Part shown: piece after piece, positions 7,699 to 17,458 of the stretch
Numbering within the stretch: position 1 is the stretch's first letter
How the letters are laid out: each line of letters begins with the position of its first letter
NCBI GenBank assembly: GCA_017454945.1
Contig: JAFTCA010000094.1
Location: forward strand, 1,817 to 65,816
Direction of reading: 5' to 3'
DNA from: Bacteroidales bacterium
GTDB taxonomy: Bacteria > Bacteroidota > Bacteroidia > Bacteroidales > WCHB1-69
DNA length: 64,000 nt
The notes under the pieces: generated by a model
The model's database searches: none
What the model was told of the DNA's origin: nothing
Seen by the model: only the letters and a program-made list of their open reading frames with translations
Position numbers and translations under genes: made by a program

Positions 7699-9147
7699 AT
7701 GACCATCACCACAACCTCCATCATCCTTGCCTTCGTTGGCCTCGTTTTGGGCTCACTCATCATGGGCCTCATCTTCCACAGCAAAAACAGCACCGTCAAG
7801 GCTAACCTCGACAATGCCAACCTTTTGTTGGAAGAGACCAAACGTCAATCACAAGCCGACTTGGAGCAAGCCAAAGAAGATTTTGAAAATCGAATCAACG
7901 AACTCAAAGAGGCTCTCAAGGAGAATTATGACCAAATGATTGAGGCCAAAAACCAAGCCCATGAGGCAGCGCTTAAAGAATTGAAAGAGAATATCCAAAG
8001 CAGCATGCAGGTTCAAAAAGAGCAGGTGAGCCAGGCCATAGCGGATCTTAAAGAGCAAAACAAAGCCGCCACCGAGGATCTTCTGAAGGAGCGGCAGAAG
8101 GAGTTTGCCGAGAGCAGCAGCACCAACATCGGACAGATTGTCAACCCGCTGAAGGAGGTCATCACAAAGATGGAAACGGCCATGAAAGAATCGACCGAGA
8201 AGTCCATCTCCATCAACAGTTCGATGGAAGAGCACTTGAAACACATGATGGAGCAAAGCAAGGCCACACAAACCACAGCCGAGGAGCTGACACGCGCCTT
8301 TAAGCACCAGAGTAAAGTGCAGGGCGATTGGGGCGAAACTGTTCTTAACCAACTACTTGAATCGCAAGGTTTGGTGGAAGGCGTGCATTATGAAACGCAG
8401 GCCACCATTCGCGACAATAGCGGTGCCACGGTAAAGACCGAGGAAGGCGCCATCTTGCGTCCCGATGTGATTCTGCACCTCGACCAGAAACGCGAGGTTA
8501 TCATCGACTCGAAAGTGTCGCTAACCGCCTTCTTCGACTATGTGAATGCCGAGAATGACACCGACCGCCAACAAGCTCTCAAAGCCCATATCGAGAGCTT
8601 GCAGAAGCATGTGAAAGAGCTGGCCAAGAAGGACTACTCCTCGTACATCCAGGCTCCAAAGGTAAAGATGGACTATGTCATTATGTTTGTGCCCCACACG
8701 GGAGCTTTGTGGACGGCCCTCAACACCCAACCCGACCTTTGGCGCAAGGCTATGGAGCAAAACGTCTATATCGCTGACGAACAGACACTTTACGCAGCTC
8801 TGAAAATCATCCAAATGACATGGACACAGATTAAGCAAGCGCAAAACCACGAAGAGGTTTATAAATTGGCCAATGAAATGATCGAGCGTGTGGGACAATT
8901 TGCGGGATACTACACCAATGTGGGTAAAGCGCTCGAAAAGGCGGTTAAAGCGTACGATGACGGTCAGAAGAAATTTGAAGAAAAAGGGCAAAGTATCGTG
9001 CAGTCTGCCAACAAACTACTCAAACTGGGTGCTAAGCAGAGTACAAAGAACCCCGTACCCGAATTGCTCGACGTGGACGACATACCAGCTTTAGATAAAA
9101 CAGATCTATTTGATTCAAAAGAAGATACCAACATTCTAGAAGACTAA
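7699..9147 (+). CDS. rmuC: DNA recombination protein RmuC
   Basis: N-terminal TM and coiled coil; QGDWGE, RPDVIL, IIDSKVSL, DYVIMFVP. Confidence 0.93.
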   Translation: MTITTTSIILAFVGLVLGSLIMGLIFHSKNSTVKANLDNANLLLEETKRQSQADLEQAKEDFENRINELKEALKENYDQMIEAKNQAHEAALKELKENIQSSMQVQKEQVSQAIADLKEQNKAATEDLLKERQKEFAESSSTNIGQIVNPLKEVITKMETAMKESTEKSISINSSMEEHLKHMMEQSKATQTTAEELTRAFKHQSKVQGDWGETVLNQLLESQGLVEGVHYETQATIRDNSGATVKTEEGAILRPDVILHLDQKREVIIDSKVSLTAFFDYVNAENDTDRQQALKAHIESLQKHVKELAKKDYSSYIQAPKVKMDYVIMFVPHTGALWTALNTQPDLWRKAMEQNVYIADEQTLYAALKIIQMTWTQIKQAQNHEEVYKLANEMIERVGQFAGYYTNVGKALEKAVKAYDDGQKKFEEKGQSIVQSANKLLKLGAKQSTKNPVPELLDVDDIPALDKTDLFDSKEDTNILED

Positions 9148-9176
9148 TCTCTCCAACTATATTCTCAACTACAACT

Positions 9177-10436
9177 ATGAACGCCACCATCATCAACATA
9201 GGCGATGAACTGCTCATCGGGCAGGTCGTCAATACCAACGCCGCACGGATGTCGCAAATGCTGACAGGCGCTGGCATCCAAGTCCACAACGTCTTCACCA
9301 TCGGCGACGATGCCTACGACATCAAGTTGTATCTGGAACTCGGACTGCAAGCCGCCGACATTGTACTTATCACCGGAGGCCTCGGGCCCACCAAGGACGA
9401 CATTACCAAGACCACCCTCTGCGAATTCTTCGGCAGCGAGCTGTACGAGAACGAGATAGCCCTCGAGAATGTGACTCGCCTGATGAAAGCGTTCGGCCGC
9501 GAGCTAACGCCCATCAACCGGCAGCAAGCCCTCGTACCGCGCTGCTGCACCGTCATCAACAATGTGCTTGGCACCGCTCCCTGCATGTGGTTCGAGGTGG
9601 AAGGCACCACGCCCCAAAAAGTGGTGGTGTCGCTGCCCGGCGTGCCCTTCGAGATGGTGAACTTGATGGAAACGGAAGTGATTCCGCGCCTGCAAACGCA
9701 TTTCCACACCAGCGCCATCCTCAACAAAAACATCCTCGTGCAAGGCATTGGCGAGTCGTTCCTCAGCGACTTGATTGAGCCATGGGAAACCGCCCTCCCC
9801 CACCATATCCGACTGGCCTACCTGCCCCAAGCTGGCATGCTAAAACTACGACTCACCGCCCGCGGCACCGAGCAAGCTGTCCTGAAACAAGAAGTTGACA
9901 CGGCTGTGGCTGGTCTCTATCAAATTGCAAGACAATACATTGTGGGCGAAGATTTTGAAACACTGCCCGAGCTGTTAGCACACCTCATGCACAACGCGGG
10001 CCAAACGCTGGCTTCGGCTGAAAGTTGTACCGGCGGCGCCATCGCCTCCAAACTCACCGCCTTGGCTGGCGCCTCCGACTACTTTCTCGGCGGCGTCGTT
10101 TCGTACAGCAACGAAGTGAAAGAAAAGGCGCTGGGGGTGAAACACAGCACACTGACAGCCCACGGCGCTGTGAGCGAAGAAACTGTACGCGAGATGGTTA
10201 CAGGTGTCCGCAATCGATTGGGCAGCGATTATGCCGTGGCCACCACGGGCATTGCAGGTCCTGGCGGCGGCACTCCTACCAAACCCGTCGGCACCGTCTG
10301 GATTGGCATCGCCACACCTAAACAAGTCATTGCCAAGAGGATGCACTTCACTGGCCGCCGCGAACAGGTCATCGAGCGCACCTGCAACGAAGTATATGCC
10401 TCGCTGATAAGAATCGTAAAAGAAGAGTTGGCGTAG
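9177..10436 (+). CDS. cinA: Competence/damage-inducible protein CinA (MoCF-like + NMN deamidase PncC)
   Basis: IGDELLIGQ..NTN, TGGLGPTKDD, LPGVP, AESCTGG, HGAVSEE, TGIAGPGG. Confidence 0.93.
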   Translation: MNATIINIGDELLIGQVVNTNAARMSQMLTGAGIQVHNVFTIGDDAYDIKLYLELGLQAADIVLITGGLGPTKDDITKTTLCEFFGSELYENEIALENVTRLMKAFGRELTPINRQQALVPRCCTVINNVLGTAPCMWFEVEGTTPQKVVVSLPGVPFEMVNLMETEVIPRLQTHFHTSAILNKNILVQGIGESFLSDLIEPWETALPHHIRLAYLPQAGMLKLRLTARGTEQAVLKQEVDTAVAGLYQIARQYIVGEDFETLPELLAHLMHNAGQTLASAESCTGGAIASKLTALAGASDYFLGGVVSYSNEVKEKALGVKHSTLTAHGAVSEETVREMVTGVRNRLGSDYAVATTGIAGPGGGTPTKPVGTVWIGIATPKQVIAKRMHFTGRREQVIERTCNEVYASLIRIVKEELA

Positions 10437-10446
10437 AGGGCCGTCT

Positions 10447-10971
10447 TTAATGGTTATGCGGCTCCACAATGTGCGCAATCACCTCATCCATAGTTAGTTC
10501 CTCCGTTCCCAATACGGCAGGTTCGTAACCCATTTCACGAGCTTTTTCACCCGCATAGACAAAATAGGTACATTCACATTCGGCACACAGCTCCCCATCG
10601 GGACTCCACAATTCTCCCTTGATGACAGCCAGGGTGTGTCGCTGCTTCTCCAGTCGTGCACGCAGCAAAATATAGGGCCACGTGGTGTTGACAGCCTTGC
10701 GGTAGCGCATCTCCATCTTCGCGGTTACTCCCGAAGTCTGCAGAACATAAAAGACCACCCATCCGCAAATCTCGTCCAGCAGGGTTGCCTGTACGCCTCC
10801 ATGCAGCGTGTCTATCCAGCTTACATGGTCGGGACTGGCCTTCCACACGGAGACCACATCCTGACCGTCCCAATAAAAATGCATGTGCATCCCCGACGGA
10901 TTGTTGGGATTGCATCCAAAACAATTGTAACCAGCGGTATTTCCTATCCAAGGATTGATGATTTGTTTCAT
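10447..10971 (-). CDS. PaaI/hotdog-fold thioesterase
   Basis: CFGC.P.NP.G and LHGGVQATLLDE. Confidence 0.87.
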   Translation of the reverse strand: MKQIINPWIGNTAGYNCFGCNPNNPSGMHMHFYWDGQDVVSVWKASPDHVSWIDTLHGGVQATLLDEICGWVVFYVLQTSGVTAKMEMRYRKAVNTTWPYILLRARLEKQRHTLAVIKGELWSPDGELCAECECTYFVYAGEKAREMGYEPAVLGTEELTMDEVIAHIVEPHNH

Positions 10972-10983
10972 AAGAAGTTGATA

Positions 10984-11206
10984 ATCGTTGAATTGTTGAT
11001 TGTTTAATTGTTGAAGTGAGAAGTGAGGAGTGAATAGTGAGGAGTGAATAGTGAATGGTTAAGAAGTTAAGGAACTAAGAAGTTAAGAAGTTGAGAATTA
11101 TGGAATTATGGAGTTATGGAGTTATGGAATTCTGAATTTGTTCTCTGTTCTTAATTGTGAATTATAAATTATAAATTGTCAATTGTAAATTGTTAATTAT
11201 AAATTA
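10984..11206 (-). repeat. Modular array R5 (A-B-C-D-E-F-G; most complete copy)
   Basis: Minus strand: AATTTAT AATTAAC AATTTAC AATTGAC..., AAGAACAG AGAACAA, AATTCAG, (T/C)TCCATAA x4, TTCTTAAC-type octamers, TTCACTA/CTCACT heptamers, TTCAACAA-type units. Fills the cupin-thioesterase spacer. Confidence 0.92.
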
Positions 11207-11548
11207 CTTCAAAATGCAGGCTAAAAATCTTGCCTCTTTGTCGCCGCGGTTATATACGCTATGGCGGTCTCCGTTGCCCGTAAATACCACATCGCCAGCG
11301 TGTAGCAATTCGGTACGGTCGTTGTCGGTCACTTCCACCTCGCCTTCCAGAATGTAATAGATCTCGGCATCGGGTTGATGGCTATGCTCCTTGATACGAC
11401 TGCCTACAGGCAGGTTTATCACATTGAACATCATGGCTTTATCGAGCATTTCAGCAGGGGTGAGAATAATATCCTTGACCATGCGGCCTTCAATGTTGCC
11501 CTTATTCTCAACCGTTTCCTTTGCTATTTCGTTTTTATATTTAATCAT
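11204..11548 (-). CDS. Cupin domain protein
   Basis: HSH..DAEIYYILEGE...LHAGD...H.V.N cupin motifs. Confidence 0.88.
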   Translation of the reverse strand: MIKYKNEIAKETVENKGNIEGRMVKDIILTPAEMLDKAMMFNVINLPVGSRIKEHSHQPDAEIYYILEGEVEVTDNDRTELLHAGDVVFTGNGDRHSVYNRGDKEARFLACILK

Positions 11549-11559
11549 AATCTATTGAT

Positions 11560-12111
11560 TTAAAGCTCTTTTATCATTTTTCGATAATCTTCATTAAAAA
11601 GAAACATATCGCGCATATACTTGAATCCCAGCGACTCGTACAACTTCTGCGCCTCAGGATTTTGAGGAGATACCACCATTGAGGCCTTCCTCGCATGCAG
11701 CTGTCGCGCCCGCTCAACGCCAGCCTTAAGCAACTGGGTTGCAACACCTTGACTGCGATACTCGGGCAAGACGGCAAGCGAGTCGAGGTAAAACTCTCCT
11801 GCTTCTGTTTCAGGCTCCATCTGCTGGAAATCGCGTCCTGTCTCCTCCGCTATGACGCGAAATGTCTCGGTGCGCATCGACTGATAATCGGCACCATCGT
11901 ACGATATCAGGCAGCCAACCACTTTACCGTCCTGCTCGGCCACCAGGCTGTTTTGCCAGCTATAAAGCACACCCGTACGGCGACACATGCCAGTCACACT
12001 ATCAATCAGATTGTTATCGGGGTTTTCAATACCCACAGCAATCAAAACAGTCCACGCAACAAAGGGCGCATCTTCGATGGTAGCAGGGCGGATTCTCATA
12101 GAGGTTCTCAT
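11560..12111 (-). CDS. GNAT family acetyltransferase
   Basis: IRPATIED, EFYLDSLAVLPEYRSQGVATQLL, N..A..LYESLGF; start may be 12099. Confidence 0.9.
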   Translation of the reverse strand: MRTSMRIRPATIEDAPFVAWTVLIAVGIENPDNNLIDSVTGMCRRTGVLYSWQNSLVAEQDGKVVGCLISYDGADYQSMRTETFRVIAEETGRDFQQMEPETEAGEFYLDSLAVLPEYRSQGVATQLLKAGVERARQLHARKASMVVSPQNPEAQKLYESLGFKYMRDMFLFNEDYRKMIKEL

Positions 12112-12192
12112 TTTTTAGGATTCTGCCTTTTATTGCGCAAAAATACGTTTTTTTAAATTTGTGATACGAGCAAATTAGTAAGAAAACACAGA

Positions 12193-13527
12193 CTACATAT
12201 AACCATAGCGCTTTCTGAATCCGAATAGCAGCGCCGTAGCCAACAAGGCGGCCAGCATTTCGGCCACGATGACTGAATACCAGATACCGTCAATGCCGAT
12301 GAGCAGTGGCAAAATGAACACGGCAGCCACTTCGAACACCAGCGTACGCGTGAAGGCTGCCACAGCCGAGACCACCCCGTTGTTGAGGGCGGTAAACAAC
12401 GCCGACACAAACATGTTGTAGCCACACAACAGGAAACTGGCAATATAAATGCAGAAGGCTCTGGTAGTCAGTTGCAACAAATCGGCATCATAACCCACGA
12501 ATATCCACGACACGGGATAGGCTATCAACCAACCCAACAGGGTCATTGCCAACCCAAAACAGAGCGACAAAACGACACTCTTGCGGAGCAGGCTCTTCAG
12601 CTCTATCGTATTCTGTGCCCCATAATTAAAGCCAATAATCGGTGTGATGCTGATATTATATCCCATGAAAACCGCGGCCAAAATAAACGACACCGACATA
12701 ATGACGCCATAAGCCGCCACGCCATTCTCGCCTATATACCTCAGCAGCTGCTCATTATAACACATACTCACGATTGATAGGGAAATATTACCCACATATT
12801 CCGAAGAACCGTTCAAGCAGGCTTTGGCGACAAACCGCCACTCGGTCACGGCCGAGACCAGTTTAAGGGTAGAGCGGTTATGGCGCGAGGAGAAATAGAA
12901 CACGGGATAGAGACCTCCTGTCACTTGGGCAAGCACGGTAGCAATGGCGGCGCCGGTCACTCCCCAGCGGAACGCAATCACCAGCAAGGCATCCAGCAGA
13001 ATATTCACCAAGCCGCTGGCCACCGACAATTTGGTGCCCACCATCGGCTTTTCTGCTGTCATGAAGAACGACTGGAACGCCATCTGCAGCATCAGCATGG
13101 GCATAGCCAGCACCACTATACGCATGTAGCGCACACTCTCCTCTAACAGAGCACCTTCGGCTCCCAGAGCCCGGCATATAGGTCTGGAAAAGAGGAAGCC
13201 GATAACCCCCAAGGCGAGTCCAAAGAGAAAGGTGACGCGAACCAACATCGAGAATATGCGGTTGGCCTTGTCGAACTCGGCCTCGCCCATCGTTTTCGAT
13301 ACAAGGGCACTACCGCCTGCACCCACCATCAGTCCGACAGCCCCAATCATCATCAGCATGGGCCAGACCAGATTGACAGCCGCAAACGCAGTGGTACCCA
13401 CAAAGTTAGAAATGAAGAAGCCATCTACGATGCTGTACACCGAGACAACAATCATCATCAGCACGGAGGGTGCCATCGTGCGCAATAGGCGTTGGTAATT
13501 GTAATGTCCTGATAGTGATACCTGCAT
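12193..13527 (-). CDS. MATE family efflux transporter
   Basis: YSIVDGFFISNFVG, NILLD...GAAIAT, many TM segments. Start set at MQVSLSGH (13527), with a TACTTTTG box at 13547-13554; the longer ORF extension overlaps rubrerythrin. Confidence 0.9.
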   Translation of the reverse strand: MQVSLSGHYNYQRLLRTMAPSVLMMIVVSVYSIVDGFFISNFVGTTAFAAVNLVWPMLMMIGAVGLMVGAGGSALVSKTMGEAEFDKANRIFSMLVRVTFLFGLALGVIGFLFSRPICRALGAEGALLEESVRYMRIVVLAMPMLMLQMAFQSFFMTAEKPMVGTKLSVASGLVNILLDALLVIAFRWGVTGAAIATVLAQVTGGLYPVFYFSSRHNRSTLKLVSAVTEWRFVAKACLNGSSEYVGNISLSIVSMCYNEQLLRYIGENGVAAYGVIMSVSFILAAVFMGYNISITPIIGFNYGAQNTIELKSLLRKSVVLSLCFGLAMTLLGWLIAYPVSWIFVGYDADLLQLTTRAFCIYIASFLLCGYNMFVSALFTALNNGVVSAVAAFTRTLVFEVAAVFILPLLIGIDGIWYSVIVAEMLAALLATALLFGFRKRYGYM

Positions 13528-13688
13528 AAATTTGAAAAAACAGCCGCAAAAGTACGAAAATTCATCGGGATGGTAACAACACTCCCCCTTTCTCTGCGCA
13601 TTTCTGCGAGTTCTGCGGGAAATCCATTTACGCTGACTTACGCAAAACTCTTTTTTCAAAAAAGTGCAATTGTCAATGCAAATATTTT

Positions 13689-13696
13689 TATCTTTG
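13689..13696 (+). promoter_or_regulatory. -7 promoter box for rubrerythrin
   Basis: TATCTTTG about 30 nt upstream of ATG 13726. Confidence 0.65.
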
Positions 13697-13725
13697 CCAT
13701 ATATTAACCACCAAAAAATTAAGAC

Positions 13726-14403
13726 ATGAAAAAGTACAGATGCAAAGTATGCGAAGCTATTTTTGAAGTAGCTGACAATGAAGAACCTGTATGCCCCGTA
13801 TGTGGCGTTGGCATTGAAGATTTGGAACTGATAGAGGAAGCTGCACCTGCAACAGAACCCGCCAAAGGCAACCCCTATGCCGGCACTCAGACCGAGAAGA
13901 ACCTGATGGCCGCTTTTGCCGGTGAGTCGCAAGCGCGAAACAAATACACCTACTTCGCCTCCAAAGCCAAGAAAGAAGGCTACGAGCAGATTGCCGCTCT
14001 CTTCCTCAAGACCGCCGACAATGAAAAAGAACACGCCAAGTTATGGTTCAAAGAATTGAACGGCATTGGCAGCACCGACGAGAACCTGGCCGCTGCCGCC
14101 GACGGCGAAAACTACGAATGGACCGACATGTACGAAGGCTTTGCCAAGACAGCCGAAGCCGAAGGGTTCCCAAAATTGGCCGCCAAATTCCGCCTCGTGG
14201 CAGCCATTGAAAAACACCACGAAGAACGTTACCGCGCCCTGCTGAACAATGTGAAGACAGCACAGGTGTTCGAAAAGAGCGAAGTGAAAATTTGGGAATG
14301 CCGCAACTGTGGTCATATCGTTGTAGGCACCAAAGCGCCCGACATCTGCCCCACCTGCAACCACCCGCAGTCGTATTTCGAGGTTAATGCCGAGAACTAC
14401 TAA
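13726..14403 (+). CDS. rbr: Rubrerythrin with an additional N-terminal rubredoxin-like domain
   Basis: CKVC...CPVC at N-terminus; [21 protein letters not shown] di-iron motifs; C-terminal CRNC...CPTC. Confidence 0.92.
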   Translation: MKKYRCKVCEAIFEVADNEEPVCPVCGVGIEDLELIEEAAPATEPAKGNPYAGTQTEKNLMAAFAGESQARNKYTYFASKAKKEGYEQIAALFLKTADNEKEHAKLWFKELNGIGSTDENLAAAADGENYEWTDMYEGFAKTAEAEGFPKLAAKFRLVAAIEKHHEERYRALLNNVKTAQVFEKSEVKIWECRNCGHIVVGTKAPDICPTCNHPQSYFEVNAENY

Positions 14404-14408
14404 GACAC

Positions 14409-14486
14409 ATTCCCTTGCGGGAATTAAGATTTTAGTTGTTAGTTTGAAGTATGACATAAGTCGCTAACAACTAACAACTAAAATCT
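14409..14486. terminator. Hairpins between convergent genes (likely terminator region)
   Basis: ATTCCC-TTGC-GGGAAT (14409-14424), plus a perfect 18-bp IR AGATTTTAGTTGTTAGTT (14427-14444) / AACTAACAACTAAAATCT (14469-14486). Confidence 0.6.
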
Positions 14487-14520
14487 ATTTTGAATTCTGA
14501 ATTTTGAATTTTTAATTTAA
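14427..14520 (-). repeat. Modular array R6 (C-I on the minus strand, plus an inverted copy of I)
   Basis: Minus strand AATTCAA AATTCAG AATTCAA AATAGATTTTAG TTGTTAG TTGTTAG; same C-to-I junction as R4. Confidence 0.8.
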
Positions 14521-14522
14521 GA

Positions 14523-15512
14523 TTACCTTACCCTCAACTTCTGCCCTACCCGCAGGAAATCGCTGCGAAGACCGTTAAGCTGCTTGATTCTGCTGACAGA
14601 AGTGCGATAGCGGCCCGCAATCTTCGACAGGCAGTCGCCGTTGCGCACGGTGTAATAAACCTTGTCGGAAGAAGATGCCGAACTGGAAGAGCTTGAGCTG
14701 CTGGAAGTGGGTTTCTTGACTTCTGCGGTATTAGATACATTCAAATTCTTAGCATTGAGCGATTTAGCCGATATGTAGAGCGTATCGCTATGCAGTTTAT
14801 AGTTGGTGAAGTCAACAATCTTGTTGGGATTGATGGGGATACCGAGGTAACGCGTCTCGAAATGAAGATGGCTGCCGTACGAGCGCCCTGTGTTACCGCC
14901 CAGACCGATAGTGTCGCCCGCATGGACAAGCTGTCCGGGGTTCACCAGTCGCTGTGAGAGGTGGGCATAATAGGTCTCCATGTTATTGTCGTGGCGGATA
15001 ACCACCAGATTGCCATAACCGCCGGCATTGGCCTTTGAAATGCGCACCATGCCGTCGAAAGCGGCCACCACAGGCGTGCCTGTAGGATAGCCAAGGTCAA
15101 CGCCATAGTGCATACGGCGGCGGCGGCGACCATAATTGGAGGTGATTTTGAACTTGGCGGGGTGAACATAGTTGCCGAAAACAACCGTGTCGGCCTCTAT
15201 GTTAGCGCCGTGTGCATAGTGCACCGACAAAATATCGAAATTCTTGTACAGTCCAAAACCTGGCATATTCTTGAAATACGAAAAGAGCATCGAGCCGGTA
15301 CCGCCCAAATCCGATTGATAGACAACATTCTCATCCTCATCCAAATAGAAGCCAAGCGTATCAACTTCATCAATACCCTCAGCATCGGGAGTCTGCAGTT
15401 CCAACGAATTGGCAGACGAATAGTGGGTAAATGGTGTCGGGTCGTTTTGAGCCTTCAGCGTCACAAAAGCCAAGCAAAGAACAGTAAAAAGGAGTGCTGT
15501 TTTTCTGAACAT
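14523..15512 (-). CDS. M23 family peptidase with C-terminal LysM
   Basis: HYGVD, YYAHL, HLHFE; Ser-rich linker; [13 protein letters not shown]...GQKLRV. Start set at MFRKT signal peptide. Confidence 0.92.
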   Translation of the reverse strand: MFRKTALLFTVLCLAFVTLKAQNDPTPFTHYSSANSLELQTPDAEGIDEVDTLGFYLDEDENVVYQSDLGGTGSMLFSYFKNMPGFGLYKNFDILSVHYAHGANIEADTVVFGNYVHPAKFKITSNYGRRRRRMHYGVDLGYPTGTPVVAAFDGMVRISKANAGGYGNLVVIRHDNNMETYYAHLSQRLVNPGQLVHAGDTIGLGGNTGRSYGSHLHFETRYLGIPINPNKIVDFTNYKLHSDTLYISAKSLNAKNLNVSNTAEVKKPTSSSSSSSSSASSSDKVYYTVRNGDCLSKIAGRYRTSVSRIKQLNGLRSDFLRVGQKLRVR

Positions 15513-15544
15513 AATTAAAGCATTGCTGCGACAGCCTTCAAGCA

Positions 15545-15766
15545 CTAGTCGCGTTCGAGATTATAAGTGGTTTTGGGTTTGTTTTTGATAACATACGGTG
15601 TGTTCATCGGGGCCGATTTGGTTCTGGTACGCTGATGATAACGGTACTGCGAGCCACGCTGCGACTTCTTCACCGACGTGTGGTTATATGAGTTGCAGGA
15701 AGCGAACATCAAGCCCGAACAAACGACTAACATGAGCAGATAAGAAAAAAATCTTTTCGTTTTCAT
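15545..15766 (-). CDS. Small basic lipoprotein, hypothetical
   Basis: MKTKRFF-hydrophobic-FASC lipobox; TAAATTTG box at 15901-15908. Start uncertain (ORF extends to 15865). Confidence 0.6.
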   Translation of the reverse strand: MKTKRFFSYLLMLVVCSGLMFASCNSYNHTSVKKSQRGSQYRYHQRTRTKSAPMNTPYVIKNKPKTTYNLERD

Positions 15767-15949
15767 TGTCCACATTTTTAAACTCGCATCATCCGCTGCC
15801 GCCGCTATTCGCGCATTCACGCCAGCCTTCCGACGCTTATAATTCATTGTATAAAATTCATCCATTCAAGTAGGAATACAAAATACTCCATACGAGATGG
15901 CAAATTTACACATTTTTTTTAAACAAACAAGAAGTGCCGATAAAAAGCG

Positions 15950-17434
15950 CTACAGTTTTTTCAAATCCTTGAGTTTGAACGACCGCAGGAAAGAGATGGG
16001 AATCACGCCTGTTGCCAGTGCCAGCAGGCAGGCGGCAACGGCAGAAGCCACGAAGTTCCACAAGGTGGACATCGGCAGCGAACCGGCAGCATGTGCCATG
16101 AGAGTCACAATTGCCATTACCACTTCCGGCAACAAAAAGGCATAAATCAGACAACGCAACCAAGGCACAGCCGATGCGGGCAGGTGCAGCTTGCGGAAAG
16201 CAATCCACAGTTGCAGCACCGACACGACGGTCTGCGTGGAGAGGCTGGCAATGGCGGCTCCCACCGCATGCATACGCGGGATGAGCAGCAGATTGACAAT
16301 CACATTGACCGCTATACCAGCCAACGCCGTGATATTGAGCAATTTCATATCGCCATTAGCCGTAAGCAGCGTGCCGAAAATATAAGTGAACGAAATAGGA
16401 ATAATGCCCGGAATGAGCCACCTGAAGACAGCGGCACTTTCTTCTATATGCGATGTATATAACAGATTCAGAACTGGATAGCGATAAACAAGCAACAGCA
16501 CCACCGATGTAACTGAGAAAAAGAAAAGCAGTGAAAACGAAGCCCTGATAATAGGAGTCAAATCCTCTTTTTCTTTCAACATTTTGGAAAAGAGCGGCAA
16601 CAGAATCACCGAGAAGAGGTAGGCTATCATCACCATCGCATCGAGCAGACGGAAAGCGGAAGCATAGATGCCGGCCTCAAACGTGGAGATGTTGCCAGGC
16701 AGCAGCCGCTCAATCATCACCGAGTCGATGCGGTTGTAGAACGACATGAGCAAGTACAGCACTGCAAAAGGCAGGCTCTTCTTGAGGATGACGCCCCAGA
16801 AGGCCACGTTGAACGACAATGGCTGCGGCTTGCCCTTAGCAATAACAATCATCAGGGCAATAACAGCTGCAATGAGGTAAGCGGCAGTCTGGCAATAGAC
16901 AAACCACTCTATTCTAAATGGTTCCGGCGTCACATTACCCCAAAGAAGGATACCGCAGAAGATAATCGTCAGCAGACGGTCGAGCACCGAGAGCACGCTG
17001 TCGGTCTTGAACATCATCAAGGCAGAAACATTGGACCGCAGGTAGAGAATGAACGAGTTAAGTATTTGATTGACAGCAGTCCAGAAGAGGATTTTCATCT
17101 GCAGGCTACCGTAGCCGATGATGGCGGCCACACCGAACGTAACGCCCAAATAGACAATGCCAAGCAGCATTTTGAGCGTGATGATGCCCGACAAATGCTT
17201 CGAGAGCAGCTGCGAGTGGCGGGCGATGTTGCGATTATTGAAATTGGTGATACCCATGTCCAACAGCATGTTGAACAGGTAAGTGAAGTTGAAGACAGCG
17301 AAATAGAGTCCGTAGTCGGCGGCCCCCACGCTATTTTGCACTCCCACATCAATTCCCAGTATCCAGAACGGCTTGATAAGCAGATTCAGGAAAATCAGGA
17401 AGCAGATGTTGAAGACAAAATTCTGTTGTTTCAT
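15950..17434 (-). CDS. Polysaccharide flippase (Wzx/MOP family)
   Basis: NLLIKPFW, YG.Y...FN, LDMGI, RIDSVMI, GIYASA.RLLD; many TM segments. Confidence 0.85.
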   Translation of the reverse strand: MKQQNFVFNICFLIFLNLLIKPFWILGIDVGVQNSVGAADYGLYFAVFNFTYLFNMLLDMGITNFNNRNIARHSQLLSKHLSGIITLKMLLGIVYLGVTFGVAAIIGYGSLQMKILFWTAVNQILNSFILYLRSNVSALMMFKTDSVLSVLDRLLTIIFCGILLWGNVTPEPFRIEWFVYCQTAAYLIAAVIALMIVIAKGKPQPLSFNVAFWGVILKKSLPFAVLYLLMSFYNRIDSVMIERLLPGNISTFEAGIYASAFRLLDAMVMIAYLFSVILLPLFSKMLKEKEDLTPIIRASFSLLFFFSVTSVVLLLVYRYPVLNLLYTSHIEESAAVFRWLIPGIIPISFTYIFGTLLTANGDMKLLNITALAGIAVNVIVNLLLIPRMHAVGAAIASLSTQTVVSVLQLWIAFRKLHLPASAVPWLRCLIYAFLLPEVVMAIVTLMAHAAGSLPMSTLWNFVASAVAACLLALATGVIPISFLRSFKLKDLKKL

Positions 17435-17458
17435 ACGGATTTACGCCAGCCGACGCGC

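Noticed and set aside
9148-9176. CAACTA x3 between rmuC and cinA
   Set aside because: Too short and irregular to count as an array; consistent with an ordinary A/C-rich leader.
13665-13680. TGCAATTGTCAATGCA near-palindrome upstream of rubrerythrin
   Set aside because: Could be an operator, but it is too imperfect to assign to any regulator.
13528-14034. 169-aa N-terminal extension of the MATE ORF
   Set aside because: Overlaps rubrerythrin and the divergent promoters; a promoter box sits just upstream of ATG 13527.
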